64,000 nt of DNA from Eimeria praecox. Lineage: Eukaryota. Below the pieces are notes generated by a model. That model was not told the origin of the DNA. It made no database searches and worked only from the letters and a program-made list of their open reading frames with translations. The stretch is from assembly GCA_963920595.1 (NCBI GenBank), contig OY986948.1, positions 4,712,001 to 4,776,000 on the forward strand. The letters are read 5' to 3'. This document shows positions 13,062 to 26,548 of this stretch, one piece after another. The position numbers and the translations under genes were made by a program. Numbering within the stretch: the first letter of the stretch is position 1; every line of letters begins with the position of its first letter.

Positions 13062-15877
13062 TTGAGCTCTAATTTATTCTGCATACTTCCGGAGGTGCCG
13101 CCCGCTGTGAGCTGCCCGGATATCGTTATAATGTCATCTTCGCCGTCTCCTTCCCCAGTCTCTGCTGGGAGCGATAACTCCACGGATTGCTTTCAAGACG
13201 CAGTTTCCCAACAGTTGAGCCTAGATGCAACAGCGCAGGATATGCTGCTGACCCCGAGCGAAGCTTTGGCGTACACACCGCAGCAGTCAGAGATACTGAA
13301 GGCAAGTTGTCTGACTTCTCCAACACATGAGATTCGTCCGGTTGTGCTGGTCGGGAGGGTTACATCACTTATTGTAGGCGCTTAGAAATATAACTTTCAT
13401 GCAGTTAAGAATAGACGAAAGCTGATTCTTAAGGGCGATTTGCCAGGAGATTGCGGTGTGTTGCGTTCCTGACGTCCTGCAGCCCAACCCGGGAGGCCGC
13501 CCAGTACGTCTAATCTTCGGCGACTTGGATTTGTTGCCTCATGAGGTTGAAGGCCTGTTCAAAGTACGACGGGAAATGGAGGTAGACAAGGAATTACGGG
13601 ATTCCCCCGTCTTTGCAGATGAGAGATATACACTTCGCTTCCTTCAAGGGTAAGGGAACTGGAACAAGACAAGGCCTGCCTAACTGCTCCGGCATTTTCC
13701 TTTCCCGCTGAGCATCAACTTGCAGAGGCGTACATTCCAGTGTCTTTCCTTTCTGGGTGCGGGCAATTGCTTTGTTAATTTAGAAATGACTGGGATACTA
13801 CCCGCTGTATAGCCGACATGAGAAGACATCTTAAGTGGCGTGCAGCTAATTTGCCCACACCCCGCGTTGCCGTAGAGCATCTATTGGTAAGTAACCAACA
13901 CCACCTTAATTCCGTGAGTTGTATATATTCTGCGTTGAACGCAGCCAATGAACATAACCGTATGCTTGCGCCTCGTGTGGACTTTACGCGTCTGTTCGTA
14001 CATGCTCATGGGCCGAGTATTATTTCAGCATGAAAGCTTGCAGTTGCCTTGGCACCGATAGGTGAAACTCCTGTGGAGATTGCGTATCCACCAGTCGCAG
14101 TGATGTTTATACGTTGATACGCCTACACTGCCAAACCGATGTTTTCCAAGTCTAAACACCGACGAGGTGAGCCGAATCCCAGGTCGGTCGGCCCGAAACC
14201 CAGGTTATCCTTGGGCATCTTCCTGCTTTACCCTTTGCTGCAGCCAAAAGGTTTCATTTACATTCACGGAAGAGATCATGCATTGCGGCCTATTCTCGTG
14301 ATTCGCTGCAAGCACCTTATGGATTCTGAAGTGGTGAGTTTCACTTAATGCATGATCATAAGCTTTGTGTGCTTACGGGTCTCCAGAAGCTTGTCCGTTC
14401 GTTGTAATACACATATGACTACAGGAAAAGAGTGAGCTATCCGGCCACTTAAGTAGAGTACTGCACTTGCTGCTGTGCGGCGAGGGGCGTGTGCTTTGCG
14501 TGTAGGGAGACGTCTTGCTGGTTGTTAAATACTGGCTCGGTTAGTCATGACTAGTCTGTAACACATTGTATGTCCATTCTTGCAAAGCTTTTCCGTGATA
14601 ATAGCAGCGCCGGGCTTTAGCCATTGGGTCACTGCTGCAATGCTGTATGGTGGCAGTTGCACATGTGAGTCGATTTACATACCACAACATGGAGAGCAAT
14701 TGTTCGAACAGCATTCGCGCCTTCAGCATATTTCCTATGGCTGTCTCAGAATTTACTTTGGGGAGGCTGCTGGTGAAGAACAAAGTGGAGCAGTGGCGCG
14801 TGATTGTTGACTTAGAAGACTGTAGCATTATGTGCACCCCCGTAGGCATTCTGAGGCATGTTTGTGACATGCTAACTGTGAGTCCTCCTCATTTGAATAT
14901 TCGTAGCCTTCCGCTTGGCCGTTAGTAGATTCACGGAAATCAATGCAATTGCTGTAACCATTCGTCATGCCCGTACAGCTCAAGCATTCGCAAGATCTTG
15001 GGTTGCATTTGTGGCTCCATGCGCACCGTTGCATTGATTGCACGTTTATTCCCCAGTAGAGCAACAGAAACAGTGGCAGTAAGGTTAGCGCTTCTGTTGT
15101 AAAGACCAAATGTCACCTGTAGCACACACATTTGAAATGCGGGCTTGAAACTTTTTCCTGCTGCCCTTCATATACATACGCTGTCAGAAGAGTGAGGCAA
15201 GGCGGATATACTGGCACTCCAGTTAGTTGTTTTTCTGGAGTAGGGCTTTATTTATATATTATTTATATATGCGATATCGGTGCGCCACAGAGAAACTACC
15301 GCGGCAGGCTCTATGGGATGCTAATCCTGAACGCCGGTTTTGTGTTCCGAAGGATATGGCAGCTGGTGTCTGTAGTGCTTCCAGAGAGGACAAAGTCAAA
15401 GATAAAACTGACTCCGTCTTGTACTGATGTGAGGAGCTCTTCGGGTTTTGCATTCACTGTTCACCCTTTTCGAGCAGTAGCGCACACCTACGTCATGACA
15501 CGCGATACTGTATAAGGTTCAGAAGCATATTTATCTACAGATAGTGGTTCTGGCAAGAATGCACACTTAGTATATTTTGCACCTTGAATTTTGACTGGAT
15601 TTTGCAGGATGATTTCCTGGCATCAGTTAATCAGAATCAAATTGAAGGTGAGTTGCTTCCATTCACCCAGGGTTCAGGGCTGGTCAGGCATTTTCAGTAG
15701 GCGTTGCACTGTGCTGAAGATGAGGGAAGCTTCGAAAACGACGAATTGATCGCTAGTTACTTGCAGCTGGAATCGATGCCCTTGTGCCCGTGGTGTGCAG
15801 AAAGATACGGGGGCACTTGCGCCAACGTGGAGGACTTTTCCTGGCCGGTGATGCCGCCCGGCCCTTTTGGCGCCTAG
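13062..15877 (+). CDS. CRAL-TRIO / Sec14-like lipid-binding protein, multi-exon (start uncertain, possibly ATG near 12680 or 13131)
   Basis: Exons with GT/AG ends read DERYTLRFLQG|NDWDTTRCIADMRRHLKWR, PKGFIYIHGRDHALRPILVIR, KVEQWRVIVDL, RNYRGRLYGMLILNAGFVFRRIWQLVSVVLPERTKSKI, VNQNQIE|RYGGTCANV..WPVMPPGPFGA* (TAG 15875-15877). Confidence 0.85.
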
Positions 15878-16645
15878 CCATGATCAAAGTGACCTCCGCT
15901 TATGCACGTACTTTTTTTTTCAGTTTCTTGCGCGCCCCCGTAGTTTCCCGTACTTTCGTTAAAAAATGACGTAGCTTCCACAAGCAACCCCAGCAGCTGC
16001 GGGAATATGCCTGTTCACTTTGACGGTGAGCAGCATCCGCCACACCAGCTAAAAGCAGAGGTGCCTATTGCTGGAATCTGAAGGGCTCCGCATGCTATTT
16101 GCTGCTGCAGTGTGTACCCCGCCACTGCATTCCGAAAAGAAACAGCCAATGAAAAGCCACCTACGGAAATGCAAACTACGTGTGGCGTACGAAAGGCACA
16201 AAAGGTTCATACCGTTGCTTCAGCACCGGCACGTCCTGGCCCAGAGAAGGTTGCTGTCGTCCTGTCCCCCGTGATGATCGCGCGCCACTAGGGCCCTGGG
16301 CGACTGGGGGATTCTCGCCTTTGCTAAAATGGTGACAATCAGCGAGGGGGCAAATCCTCCCCCCTCTAAGAACAAGCTAACTACTGTACACAACCGCATA
16401 TGAGTAAATGTTGTGGTGCATGGGTGCCTAAGCGCCATAACAGGAAGCATGATGCCCACTGCTGCTAAAGTCATCAGATTCAACCCTCTGCTGTTGCAGT
16501 AGGACACACCAGACCTCCGTGCGGGATATGTGCACCATATCGTTTGCCTGCACATCAGAGGCATCAGAGGCACCCGAGGAACTAGTATACCGAGTTTTAA
16601 CCGTAAACAATCATCCCTGAAAAACTTGCATGGCAATTAAACCAT

Positions 16646-19600
16646 TCAAAATCCACCTTGAGATCGGCGTTTCCGAGGGGCCAGGGGAGACTGCAGCAGA
16701 GGGTCAGACAACCGACAACCCATGCCGCCGCCCTTCATAATGTTTGGCCACTCCCCGCCCGCTTTTTTTACTGCTTTTTCGACCGAAACGCACATTTCTT
16801 TAGCTTGCTCCCCACGCGGCCGTTGCAGCAGCTGCTGCTGCACCTGCTGTTGCGGCCCCCGTAGCTCTTGCGAGACGGGTTTCTGTTGCTCTAAGCAAAT
16901 ATCGACTGCCTTATAAAGGGCCTTTTCCTTCAATACTGCGAGCTCGCCGAGGAGCAGGTAGTACTGTCTCCACCATATGCAACTGCCTTTGCCTCCCTGA
17001 AAGAGTATTTCCTGCTGCTCCAGATGCAGCTGCGGAGCACAGCTGCAACTGCAGTAAGTCACCAGGCCTGTGGCCTTCTCCATGCTGTCTGCGGCAACAG
17101 TCATTGCTGTTGATGCTGTGATACGGTGATCTGGAAATTCCCTCTGCAGCAATTTTAGAAGCAGCTGCTGTCTGAATGCTGCCTGTATCTCCACCAAGGA
17201 CCTCCTAACTTGCTGCAGCTGCTTCCACGCCACCGTTATGAGAGCTAGACGCCGACCAGCCGTCCCCTTGCAGCCGTTGCTGGTGCGCGTGGATCTGCTG
17301 CTGTGGGTACTGCAGCAATCCGAGTCAGAATGCACTGACCACCTTGCACTACTTGGCTTCAACTGACGACTGGATGCCGTTTTGGATACCCATGCACACT
17401 CGCTCCGAGCGGGCAACCCTACAGATGCATAATCCGGGCAACCGCTTTCCGTCTGGTGATGCTGCAGCAACCGAAGCTGCTGAAGCAGCAACTGCAGCGC
17501 CCGCTTGCATGAATACATGGTCGGCTTCACTGTAGCGACTGCGCATGCGCGCAGCAGCTGCGCTTCATGAGGCTGCAGCCGTAGCTCTGCCGGGGTCTTC
17601 GAGAATTCAGCATCCTCTGAGGTGGTTACAGGAACTCGTAGCTCACTGCAGCAGGCACCGCTGAAGGAAGCGCCTACTGCTGCAGTTTCATAATCCTTTG
17701 CAGCAGGTGGTGCTGCGTCTGCTGCTACAGAGAAACTCTCAGCTAATCCAGGACGCAGCGTAGACCGCTGTGGCGTTTTTGCTTCCCCCTGCGGGGGAAC
17801 TGCAGCAAGCCCCTGTTTACAGGGCGTAGGGGACACAGTTATTTCGAAATTGCTTCTTTTATTGCGTGTTGCGCCGTTGTCATCGTCGCTATCCCCTACC
17901 GTTGCTGCTGCTGCTCCGGGTGCTCGTGCTTGCTGTCTTGGAAACCGTGAGCCACGCAAACTCACTTTGTGCCGCTGTATCCCCAGAAGCGCTTCGAAAT
18001 GACGGTGAAATGCTGCTTCCAAATAACTCGTTTCCAAAGCAACGCCAGGATCAGGACGCTGCTGCATCTGCATGAGCTGAGAGCGCTCCAGCAATTCTTG
18101 CTGCAGTAGCTGCAGCGCATCAAATGCATCCGCCAAAGGGCACTCTACCATGCCTCTTCTGAATACGGTTTGGGACCCTGCTAAGGGTGTAGCTCTTGGC
18201 TCTATGTGTGCTTTTTTCGCTGCTTTCCAGTCTTGCATACGCTGCTGCTCCAGCTGCTGCTGCTCCCGTTTGTCGATTACCTGCAGCAAGCATTAGGCAG
18301 CAGCAACGAAGATGTGGTGTCATGTTGCGCCCTACCCTTCATGAGAATGTGCTACAAAGCAGGAATTGCGTGTTGCAACACGAGAAGAGGGTAAGTTTCT
18401 CTACGAAAGGGGCTGAGATCTTACGGTTATGAGAGGCATTCGCTGTTGCATGAATACCTCCTGCTGCAGCAGTTGCTGCTGCACCGCCAGCGGGGAGCTG
18501 CACCGCAGCAGCTGGAGCAGCAACGAATCGCCGTAACAGCAAGTGGCGCAAAGAGGGGACAGGCACGGCAAAATGACTACAACGCTGCTGCTGCTATCAA
18601 AACCTGCTTGGCCCCCACTTTTTGTGCTGTTCTCCTGGTTCTCTGGGAGTCTTCTACCAGATAGCTTCTTTGCTACTTCTGCTGTCGAAGCAGCTGCATT
18701 CGAATCAGTTGATGGTCCATGCCGCCTAATGGGGCGAGATAATCTCTTGCGCTGCAGCTGTCGCTGCCCGTGGCAACAAAAGTGTAGCTCAACCCCCTGA
18801 GTCTTGGAATAAGAGATCGAGTGCAACAGGTCTGCCAACGCAGCTGCCGCCCCACCAATGCATACTGTACAGTTGCTGTTGCTGTTGCTGGTGGTGCATG
18901 GGGTGCTGCTGAGTAGAACACACCGGCCCTGCTGTTTACATGGGCACTGGTAGGGCATATTCAGGGCAGCATTTTCTTTTCCTGCTGCTGCCCCTGTTGC
19001 TATGATGTGCGTCTCGCTGTCGGACCCCTGCACGCTGACGTCTCTGAAGTGTACCATTAGAGCTTCGGCACGGGCTGCTGTGGTGGCCTGTTGTTGCTGC
19101 TCTTGCATCAAAGATCCCCGTTCTAGCAGCTGGTCTACTTGAAAAGCAGACAAAACGCGGCGAAGCAGCAGTAACTGCTGCTGAGGGTGAGCTGCGCTCA
19201 TCAGCTCCACGCGGGCAGCAGCCGCAGCCGGTTGCTCCCTACTGCCACGGTACTGGGGATAGCAGCACCCCGAGCAACAGCAAGGCAGCTTTTGCTGCTG
19301 CTGTTGCTGTGTGACTACCTCCTTTTGCTGGGACGGGGGATGCAACAGCATGGAGACTGCTGCAACGAAAATCTGCGCCATTTGCTGCAGTCGCCCAGCG
19401 GCAGCAATCCTACAGCAGTAGCACATCCACGTGTAAACCCACATCCTTTCAGCACTTAGGCCAGCAATCAAGCAGCTGCGCACGCCAGATAGATTAGCAA
19501 GGGCAGATGAGTCATGGGCACAGCCACACAAACTATACAGGCCGCTCAGGGACAGAGCATTTCGCGTAGGCTCACGAATGTAGGATTCTGTCGGTACGGC

Positions 19601-22600
19601 TGCTGGCAATACCCTTCAGCAACAGCAACTGCTGTCGTTGCTTCTGCTGTACGTCGCTCGCGTGCTGCTGTGCCGTTTCCAGCAACCAGGTGCTGTCATC
19701 AAGACGCCGGCTTTCCACTCCAGATTTCTGGTGCGTGAGCTCACTCTGTCGCTGATCCTGCTCCAGCCTTCTCTGCTCTTGCTTTTCCCGCCTGTGCACG
19801 AGCTCTAGATCCTGGAGCAGCTTTTGCTTCTCGAGCAGCTCCTGTTTTACTTGCTTCACCTTCCTGCAGAGTGCAGGTCTCCTTCCTACGGGTGCTGCAG
19901 AGAGCTGCCCTACAGCGACTGCTGCAGCCGCTTCCTTCAGCAATGCCTGCTGCCTCTTATTCTCTGCCCAATATTGCAAAGAGAGCTTCTGCACGAGCTC
20001 ATGCTGCTCCTGAACATGCTGTTGCTCTAACAGCCGCGCTGCTTTCTCGAAGAGCGTCGCTTGTGATGCCCTACACTCTCCTGGCTGCTGCTGCAGCAGC
20101 GCAACGAGTTGCAGCTGCTGCTGCAGCAGCAGTCCTTGCTGCTGGTGCTGCACCATCAGCTGAAGCATTTGCAGAGTCTCCTGCTTCGTAACCTTTAGTG
20201 CTCTCAGCAGGTCTTGCCTCTCCCTCTGCAGCTTATTAGGGTACCGTCGACGCCGCTGCTGTCGTTGCTGAAGTTCCTGCAGTTGCCTCTGTAGCAAGGC
20301 AAGTTGCCACTGCAGCTTCTTCCTCTGTATCTGCTTGCTGCCTCCACCACTGCCCTCTCCTGCCGCATTGGCCGAGTCAACTGTAGGGTTCACGTGTTGT
20401 TGCTTAATGCTCTGTAACTCCTGCTGGTGTTGCCCCTGTGCCTCTGATTTCGGAATCTTCTGATAGATAAACCCTACATGGCTTTCAGCACTAGTGCCCA
20501 TTCGCATGCTTAGCTGAGGTACGCAGACGCAGCAACCAGTTCTCAGTCCCTCGGTCTACAGGCATGAAAGTGCTTCTGTGTATTAATCACTAAATCCCTT
20601 GTGCTTTACAGTCTAGCCTGTCTAGTCTAGCAATGAACGCTTACTCGGGTAACAAGGACTGCCTGCAACCCGAAACTGGATATCAGGTCGCCGTGGAATG
20701 AAACAAACACAAAGCTAGTCTGACTCCTGCAAGACAAACCAAACCCAAAATCCTGAGTAAAAGCAATCTACTTCTGCCTCTGCATGAGCACCCCCAAAAT
20801 ATTATTTCCCTCCAGAAAAACTCCCGATCATCAGTTGAACCTGGCCTCCAACCACAGGATTTGCGCTCCCCTCCATTCATGTGATCTGCCATTTGAAGTC
20901 CTTACATGAAAAGAACTTCCATACGCCTCTAAAAGACAAAGAATACGAAAGTCTTCCTGAACCTGTGTCTTACTGTCCTATACGCTACATCCTAAGCAGC
21001 ACGACGTACTCGTTAAAGAGCCGAACCGTATGTGCCATTACCCAAGGAGGCATCGCCAGGTCAAATGAGAAGACGTGAGAAATTCCTTCGAGAGAACAAA
21101 GACGGGAGCAATCGAATACGCAAAAGCTCGCGTTAAATCCGAATGCTGTTTCCAACAAACAGCGCTCAGCGCGACCCGCACCTACAGCAGCAGCAACTGC
21201 TGGTGCTAATGACGCGGATGCGTCAGGGTGGTCATCATTCCCTGAAGCTGCAGAGGCATCGAAGGCAGTTCCCCTGCCTTCGCGGCACTCCCTTTGAATG
21301 CTGCCCTGCTCTGCTGCTCCTGCGACTGTTCCTACAGCACTGATGCCAAAAGGCTGGCACAGTTCGCCCAGAGCATCAGTGATAAACTCCTCCGTACGCT
21401 TCCAGTTCAGCTGACCTCCCAGGTACAACTGCTGCAGCAGCAGCAGATCAACAAGTGCTGCAACACACAAGCATGATCGAAGATTCCGTGCCTTACAACG
21501 TGAAGCTAATGCCTTATACTTAATGCTGTATGCTTATGCAGGTGGGGTTTGCATACACAAATGATTTATGACCGAGATGGAATACACGTTTGAGTCCAAC
21601 TCTAAACCGAGTGTGAAGGTACAGCCGAATGCTGCCGCTGCCAACGAAGGAACTCCGCTGCCGCTGAGCAAAAATGCAGACAGAAATTCAAGCAGCATTA
21701 CTGTAGAGCCTTCTACACAAACGTTGTTGAGACAACAAAGACTTACTACACTTCACAGCACCATACGACATCCCATGTATATTTCGAGCTCCCCAAGCAC
21801 CTGCTCTGAAGCAGCAGCTCAGCTCTGCAACCATCAGCAACATCATGAAACTGGGCTGTCGCCACTGCTGCAGCATGAATCCCAGGTGCACAGCCACCAG
21901 TGCCCAGAGCAGTACCAGCTGCACCTGGCAGCAGCAAGTCGGACCTGCCAATGTCGAGGAAGGTGGAGTGCTCGTTGAGACCGAAGTGCCTGTTTAGTAG
22001 AGAAAACAACTTGAATAGAGAAGAAACGGAACTTTCCCCGTACGCTCCTGTGACAGGTGGGAACGCCAGCCGCAACAGGCACAGAACGTTCCCTGTACAC
22101 CTGTGTCAGGTGGAAGCGGCAATTGCCTCCTCGCAACAGAATATCCAGCGGATGCAAAAGAAGAAACAGCAGAAAACCTCAGCACCTCGGCAAAGTGGAC
22201 AAAGCGGAGGCAGCTTAAAAACTACCAGCAATATCAACACCACCAGGCAGAGAGCACGGGCATCAAAACGGCAAGCAGATGATTACCTTCAACACTGGTT
22301 GTAATTTTCATGATGGGCTTCTTCTGCAGTGACTTAACTTCTGCCAAGAAACTCTCACGCAAGGCCACAGGCATTCGCGGGATCGACGATCCCCACTTTG
22401 CTACTTCTATAGCAGAAGCTGTGCAGGTGTGCTCAACTTCAGCTCTACCACCAGTAACTACTGATGAACAGAACGAAAGTTCTTGCAATTTCGATGCATC
22501 TTCCGCTGCTCGAAGTGCAGCTGAGGCTGCCACAGGTGCAGTTTCTGCTGCATCAGGAGAACCACACTCTGCCAGACGCGCGGCAGCTGTTTCATCGTAA

Positions 22601-24142
22601 GCTTCTGATGCTGGCGCCTCTTCTCCTGGCAGCAGCCCAGATGCAATCCCATGCGATGTTTCGTGCATCCCACCTATCAGTTGCATACGACCAGTTTCTT
22701 CGGTGGCTACGCCTGGTCCTCCTCCTGCCTCGCCTACTCCTGCTGTATGCCCGAGCGCCCTTGCAACTTCTGCTTCAATTTTCCCCGTTTCTTCTACATC
22801 AACAACACTTTCTGCACCATCCACCGGAAGGCCAAAGCTCATACGAATTCCACAATCACACTTTGTATGTCCATCTATTGCTACTGCCGATGCTGCCATT
22901 CCAGTTGCTGCAGCCGCTCCTGCTGCACCAGCAAGAGGCTGTAGTCCACATGGAGAAGCCTTCGACAGCCCATCTGGCCCAGAAGGGATGTCGTCAGTAG
23001 TGCCGCTGTGCTGCTGCAATGCCTGCGGCTGCTGTAGCCCGACGGAGAGTCCCCCCGTGTCACGAGAGCTACGCATTACTCCTACAGCGGCTGCATCAAT
23101 TCTGATACGGTCAATGATAATCCTTTTGAAGTAACGATTTTATCATGCTGGTGCTGCTTTGCCTCCGCGATGGCCAGTTCGCAGCAACTCACCTTGGAGC
23201 TGCAGAGGCCGAAACTGGCGTGTCGGGGCAGGCACATGCATCCGTCACAGGAACCTGCACAAGAATGAGCATCGCTGTATAGTTTTGCAACAGCCACCCT
23301 ATGAGCGGGGAACGTGCGAGCAGTGTTGCTAAGGCTGTTCACTCGCGTCAAATCTGCGGGAAGTGAACGCAGTAGCTCAACGGGAACTAGCGTAGCTAGG
23401 GGATCCTTAGCAGCCGAGAGCAAACGTAAATCCACTTTTAAAATTGAGTAAAAAACAAATCGAGTGGTTTGAATATAGAAAGACATTCAAGCAGAAGAAT
23501 GGGGCCCCCCTTTAGCGTGTGTTGCGATCCGGGCACCTGCACGGGGGCCCCAAGGTCCCTCTGCTGATGCCTTGTACGCTGGCGTTGTTGCCTTTTACGT
23601 GTTGGCCGGCCCCTTTTTTAACCATAGCGAGCAGTCACACCCAGGTTTATCTGCATTAGCTGCATGCGTGTAATGGCCCTACAGCGCCATCGCACCTCAA
23701 CGGTTGCCAGTGTCCCCCCATTGCTGATTGTTACGAAGTTATGTGCATATTTCTTCTCCCACCCTGTAGTGCACTTCGTGCTAAACGCAGGGGCTGAAAA
23801 GCTACTCAACCTATTGAATAATTGGCAGTTTGATTTGCTGCTACTCCTTGAAAGCCTTCTGCTGCAGCATGTCCTCAAGCGGAGGTCCTCGGCCTGTACT
23901 TCGAGAAAATGCAAGCTACAATAGAGTCAAAGGCTCATCGCCTCCCCTCCAATCCCCATGTTTCCTGGGAACGAAGGCCCAAGACCTGGGGCTGGAGGGG
24001 ATGGGACCCGGCCTCTAATGAACTGCAAGGCTGTGAGGGCCCTCGATGTTAACTGGGGACCGTCGCGAGGTGCAATGGAGTCCAATACACAAAGAAAGAT
24101 TTCATAAAAAAGCAGCTGATCACACCTCCAGCTCCTAAGCAT
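16646..24142 (-). CDS. Large class-I SAM methyltransferase, DOT1 (H3K79)-like, with long Gln/Ala-rich C-terminal extension; multi-exon, 5' end uncertain
   Basis: Spliced core: TGAYGESS..FGLNEHSTFLDIGS|GSGVPSLAAAAFGCTFTLGLELD (SAM motif I split by the intron at ~21943/21667), SHVFSFD, exon ~20727-20645 SQTSFVFVSFHGDLISSFGLQAVLVTR spliced to LSMRMGTSAESHVGFIYQK at ~20513. That exon continues into the Q-rich frames 20507-19572, 19609-18401 and 18289-16646. Joining of the three tail frames and of the 5' exons is inferred. Confidence 0.65.
16800..20400. repeat. CAG/CTG (GCA) trinucleotide-rich low-complexity region, coding poly-Gln/Ala
   Basis: Dense short ctgctg/gcagca runs throughout. Such homopolymeric amino-acid repeats are an established hallmark of Eimeriidae genomes. 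Confidence 0.75.
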
Positions 24143-25369
24143 CCTGGAAACAGTGGCCTATGGGGTGAGGCTGGTGGGTCCATGTGCAAGCATATTATGA
24201 GCTGCAACGCACCTTGCTACAGTTAGTGGTGCAAAGCAGCACAGCCCGCACGCAAAGCCAATGGCCCCCTGATGCATGCGGTAACACTGTAAATTGCAGC
24301 GCATACAGTAGTTAAGCAGGTGCTTGGTCCTCCTTAGTGTGCCTTCGCATAGGTAGAGATATGAGTAATACGAAAGCAATAGCGCGCTAGTCCTTCCATC
24401 TCTGCTTGTTCTCAGGCGGAAGATAAAGCAAGCGCTTAACGACTGTATACAGTACACTGTAGGGTGATGGCGCATGCAACAGAGGGGGTATTAATTTTGC
24501 ATGCGTGCGAGGCTGCCTTGCTGCACTAGCTGCAGTACGATGCGTTGCGGCCCACGGGAGTCTGTCTCCGTCCATATCAGTTCTAAGCTCTTAGGCCGCT
24601 GCCCAGGACGCCTGGAGGGTAGACAGGTTAGCTGTTCTTGCAAGCTCTTTCTGTAGGCAATTTAACCTATTGCAACACACGACTGTTCTCAGATAAGGCC
24701 GAGGACTCTCATTACACTTGGCAGCGCCGCGTGCTTCTTGGTTTGGGAGGGAAGTGCGAGCAAAGAACCTCCCCCCACACAGCAGCACGCAGCACGCCGT
24801 GATTCATTGCAGTGTCTAGTAGCAAGTATGCTTGCAAAGAAAGAAAAAAGTATTCTGCAGAAATATATATTCCGTCCGAAGTTTTCTGCTCGACTTCTTA
24901 GCCTAACCTCGTATTACGAAGGTTGATTAGGATGTTCCTTCGGGCCAGCAAACGGCCAACCGCACGTCTCCTCGAAACAAACGCTGTATCATACACCAGA
25001 AAATGGTTGTACAATAAAAGCAGCTCATAAGAAATGCCTGCGCATTGGCAGGCTTTCAACTTACTACGGGCATCGCGACGCCTTTGCTGCCTGCAAGAGA
25101 TGGCGGGCGTCACGCGGCAGGCGCACTGGAGAAGTCCCTTGCTTCCGTAGATACGTACTTTCGTCTTCAAAATTAACCCAAGGTAATCCAGCAGCCTTGG
25201 GCATCTTTCTTATTGGTAGGAGAGAGGCAGTCGTTAACCGGCTGGGCCGTGTTGAGGGGGAGTAGGGGGTTTGAAAGGATGGAACTAGCCGCGATGATTG
25301 TGTCCATCCATCAGGGAGAGGGGAAATGCCAACTTATCCGCCGTATCTGAGAAAGAAGAAAGCAGGTGT

Positions 25370-25900
25370 GGAAATGCCCCAGATATGGAGCGTATGGGTA
25401 CTGCGGCTGTGAATATCTGTAGCGTCCAGAAACGACGAAAGCAATCGACATCACCTGCCAGAATGCCGCGATGACGCGCTGAGAGGCCCATCTGAGCCTT
25501 TTGCACTAGACAAGGCAGCATAATTCGAGATTACAGGAGCAGAGAAAAAGCTAAGGAACTTTAGAAGCAGAACTGAGCAGCGCCAACAGGGAAGCGAACA
25601 CAACGATCAGGGAAGCGGGTGAGCTACCACGCAACGTATGGGGGAGCACTGAGGCAAAAAGAAGTGACAACCGTACCTGCATGTCCCCTTCGAGTTAACT
25701 CTGTGCTGGTCCAAGCTAGTATTAATGGCCAAGATATGTCATTACTGGTTGGGACTGGCTGAGAAATGGGTCTGATAGGGGAAGCTAGGGGGAGGAGGTG
25801 CAACATACAAGCCTATTCGTTGGCGTAGTCTCTGCCATTAGGCTCTGCGGACGGCAAACAGAAATCGAAAGTCAAATTATGATGTACAATGTGAGGTCTA
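25370..25900 (+). mobile_element. Decayed LTR-retrotransposon gag zinc knuckle and aspartic protease relic
   Basis: From 25375 CPRYGAYGYCGCEY fits CX2CX4HX4C with C->Y, H->Y, C->Y changes. From 25703 VLVQASINGQDMSLLVGTG*EMGLI fits the retropepsin ING..LVDTGA motif, with ADG at ~25847. In-frame stops present. Confidence 0.6.
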
Positions 25901-26548
25901 CTCAGAAATGGTTCATATCACAATGAGGTGGGGCCTCTGTGCTGGACCAGTTCACCACGATAATCAAAGGCATAGTGCGGGTGTCTCAGTGAAGGGCGTG
26001 CATGCTGCCTCCTCGTCTCACTGTTGAGGTAAGTGTAGAGGAAAACGATGAGAGGGTGCGCCTCTTAGCATTGCTAACAGCATTCGCATGCTTTACGGTA
26101 AGAGAAGTGGAATCAGGACCCTAAGGAGAAAGAAGCTAGGAGACTCCTACTCATTGCAGAGCCGCCGCGGGAATCGATGGAGACATGCATGCACTGGAGT
26201 GCAACCATTGGAAGCGCCTGCTTTGGGGATGAGTAGCTCACAAAGGGGGGGTTGGGGCCTAAGCTTTTAAGAAAATGAGTTGTCTGTAGCGGTTCCTGGA
26301 TAGCCATAATTAGGCGGAGGGACTGTATATTGCAGGAAACAAAAGCTATTCCAGAATAGCTGGTATGCAGGCACTTATCAGCGTGATTTTGCACGTAACA
26401 GAGCAGCCGACACCGAAGGCTCGCAAAAAATCCATATTAAAGCTGCATTGCATAAGCTGGAAGTGGTTTCCGCTGAATGGGGACAAGCACATATATGCTC
26501 CCTAAAAATTGCTTCGCACAAGCGATCATCGAATGCGCACCACGGCTA

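Noticed and set aside
16658..23134. Many short plus-strand ORFs rich in L/C/A
   Set aside because: Antisense shadows of the CAG-rich minus-strand gene.
23618..23914. SPRY-like strand (WEKKYAHNFVTISNGGTLATV) in the 5' part of the DOT1-like locus
   Set aside because: Too short to support a domain call, and exon connectivity is unresolved.
24898..25200. Possible extra RT fragment on the minus strand (LDYLGLIL)
   Set aside because: Single short motif with no supporting YxDD or neighbouring motifs.
26238..26260. Purine run aaaggggggg as a polypurine tract or LTR boundary
   Set aside because: No paired LTR, TG..CA ends or primer-binding site could be identified by eye.
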